DNA of 64,000 bases from the IMG/VR virus record IMGVR_UViG_3300031576_000010, positions 1-64,000 of that record; one strand, written 5' to 3'. Positions 63,978 to 64,000 of this stretch are shown here, in pieces. A program made the position numbers and the translations under genes. The first letter of the stretch is position 1, and each line of letters opens with the position of its first letter. This DNA comes from a virus. The notes beneath the pieces are model-generated. The model saw only the letters and a program-made list of their open reading frames with translations. It had not been told where the DNA came from and ran no database searches.

Positions 63978-64000
63978 GATACCTCCCTACGATGAGAACG

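Noticed and set aside
1-64000. Alternative genetic code, tRNA or rRNA genes
   Set aside because: TAG, TGA and TAA all terminate well-formed genes, and no tRNA or rRNA signature was recognised by eye.

Overview
A GC-rich segment of a large contractile-tailed (myovirus-like) bacteriophage genome. Bases 1-26125 are almost all + strand early, replication and accessory genes: a PAPS-reductase-family protein, a Mesh1-like HD hydrolase, a 5'-3' exonuclease-UDG fusion, a split SNF2 helicase, an AAA ATPase and a MopE-repeat lipoprotein suggesting a Myxococcota-like host. Bases 26126-64000 are a - strand virion morphogenesis module (neck, sheath, tube, frameshifting tail chaperone, two tape-measure paralogs, baseplate, tail fibre). 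About 10 homing endonucleases, one inside an intein, are spread across the window. The standout is a compact CRISPR locus at 11959-19869, lying between the two halves of the SNF2 helicase. An intact Fe-S DinG helicase is translationally coupled (ATGA overlap) to a 637-aa Cas12f-like type V effector whose RuvC triad reads H-D-D instead of D-E-D, so it is probably nuclease-deficient. These are followed by a structured candidate tracrRNA with two short anti-repeats, a boxA-like leader and an array of about 42 repeats. No cas1, cas2 or cas4 is present in the window. The arrangement suggests an RNA-guided dead-Cas12 plus DinG silencing system analogous to type IV-A. All calls come from reading motifs by eye; no database searches were run.
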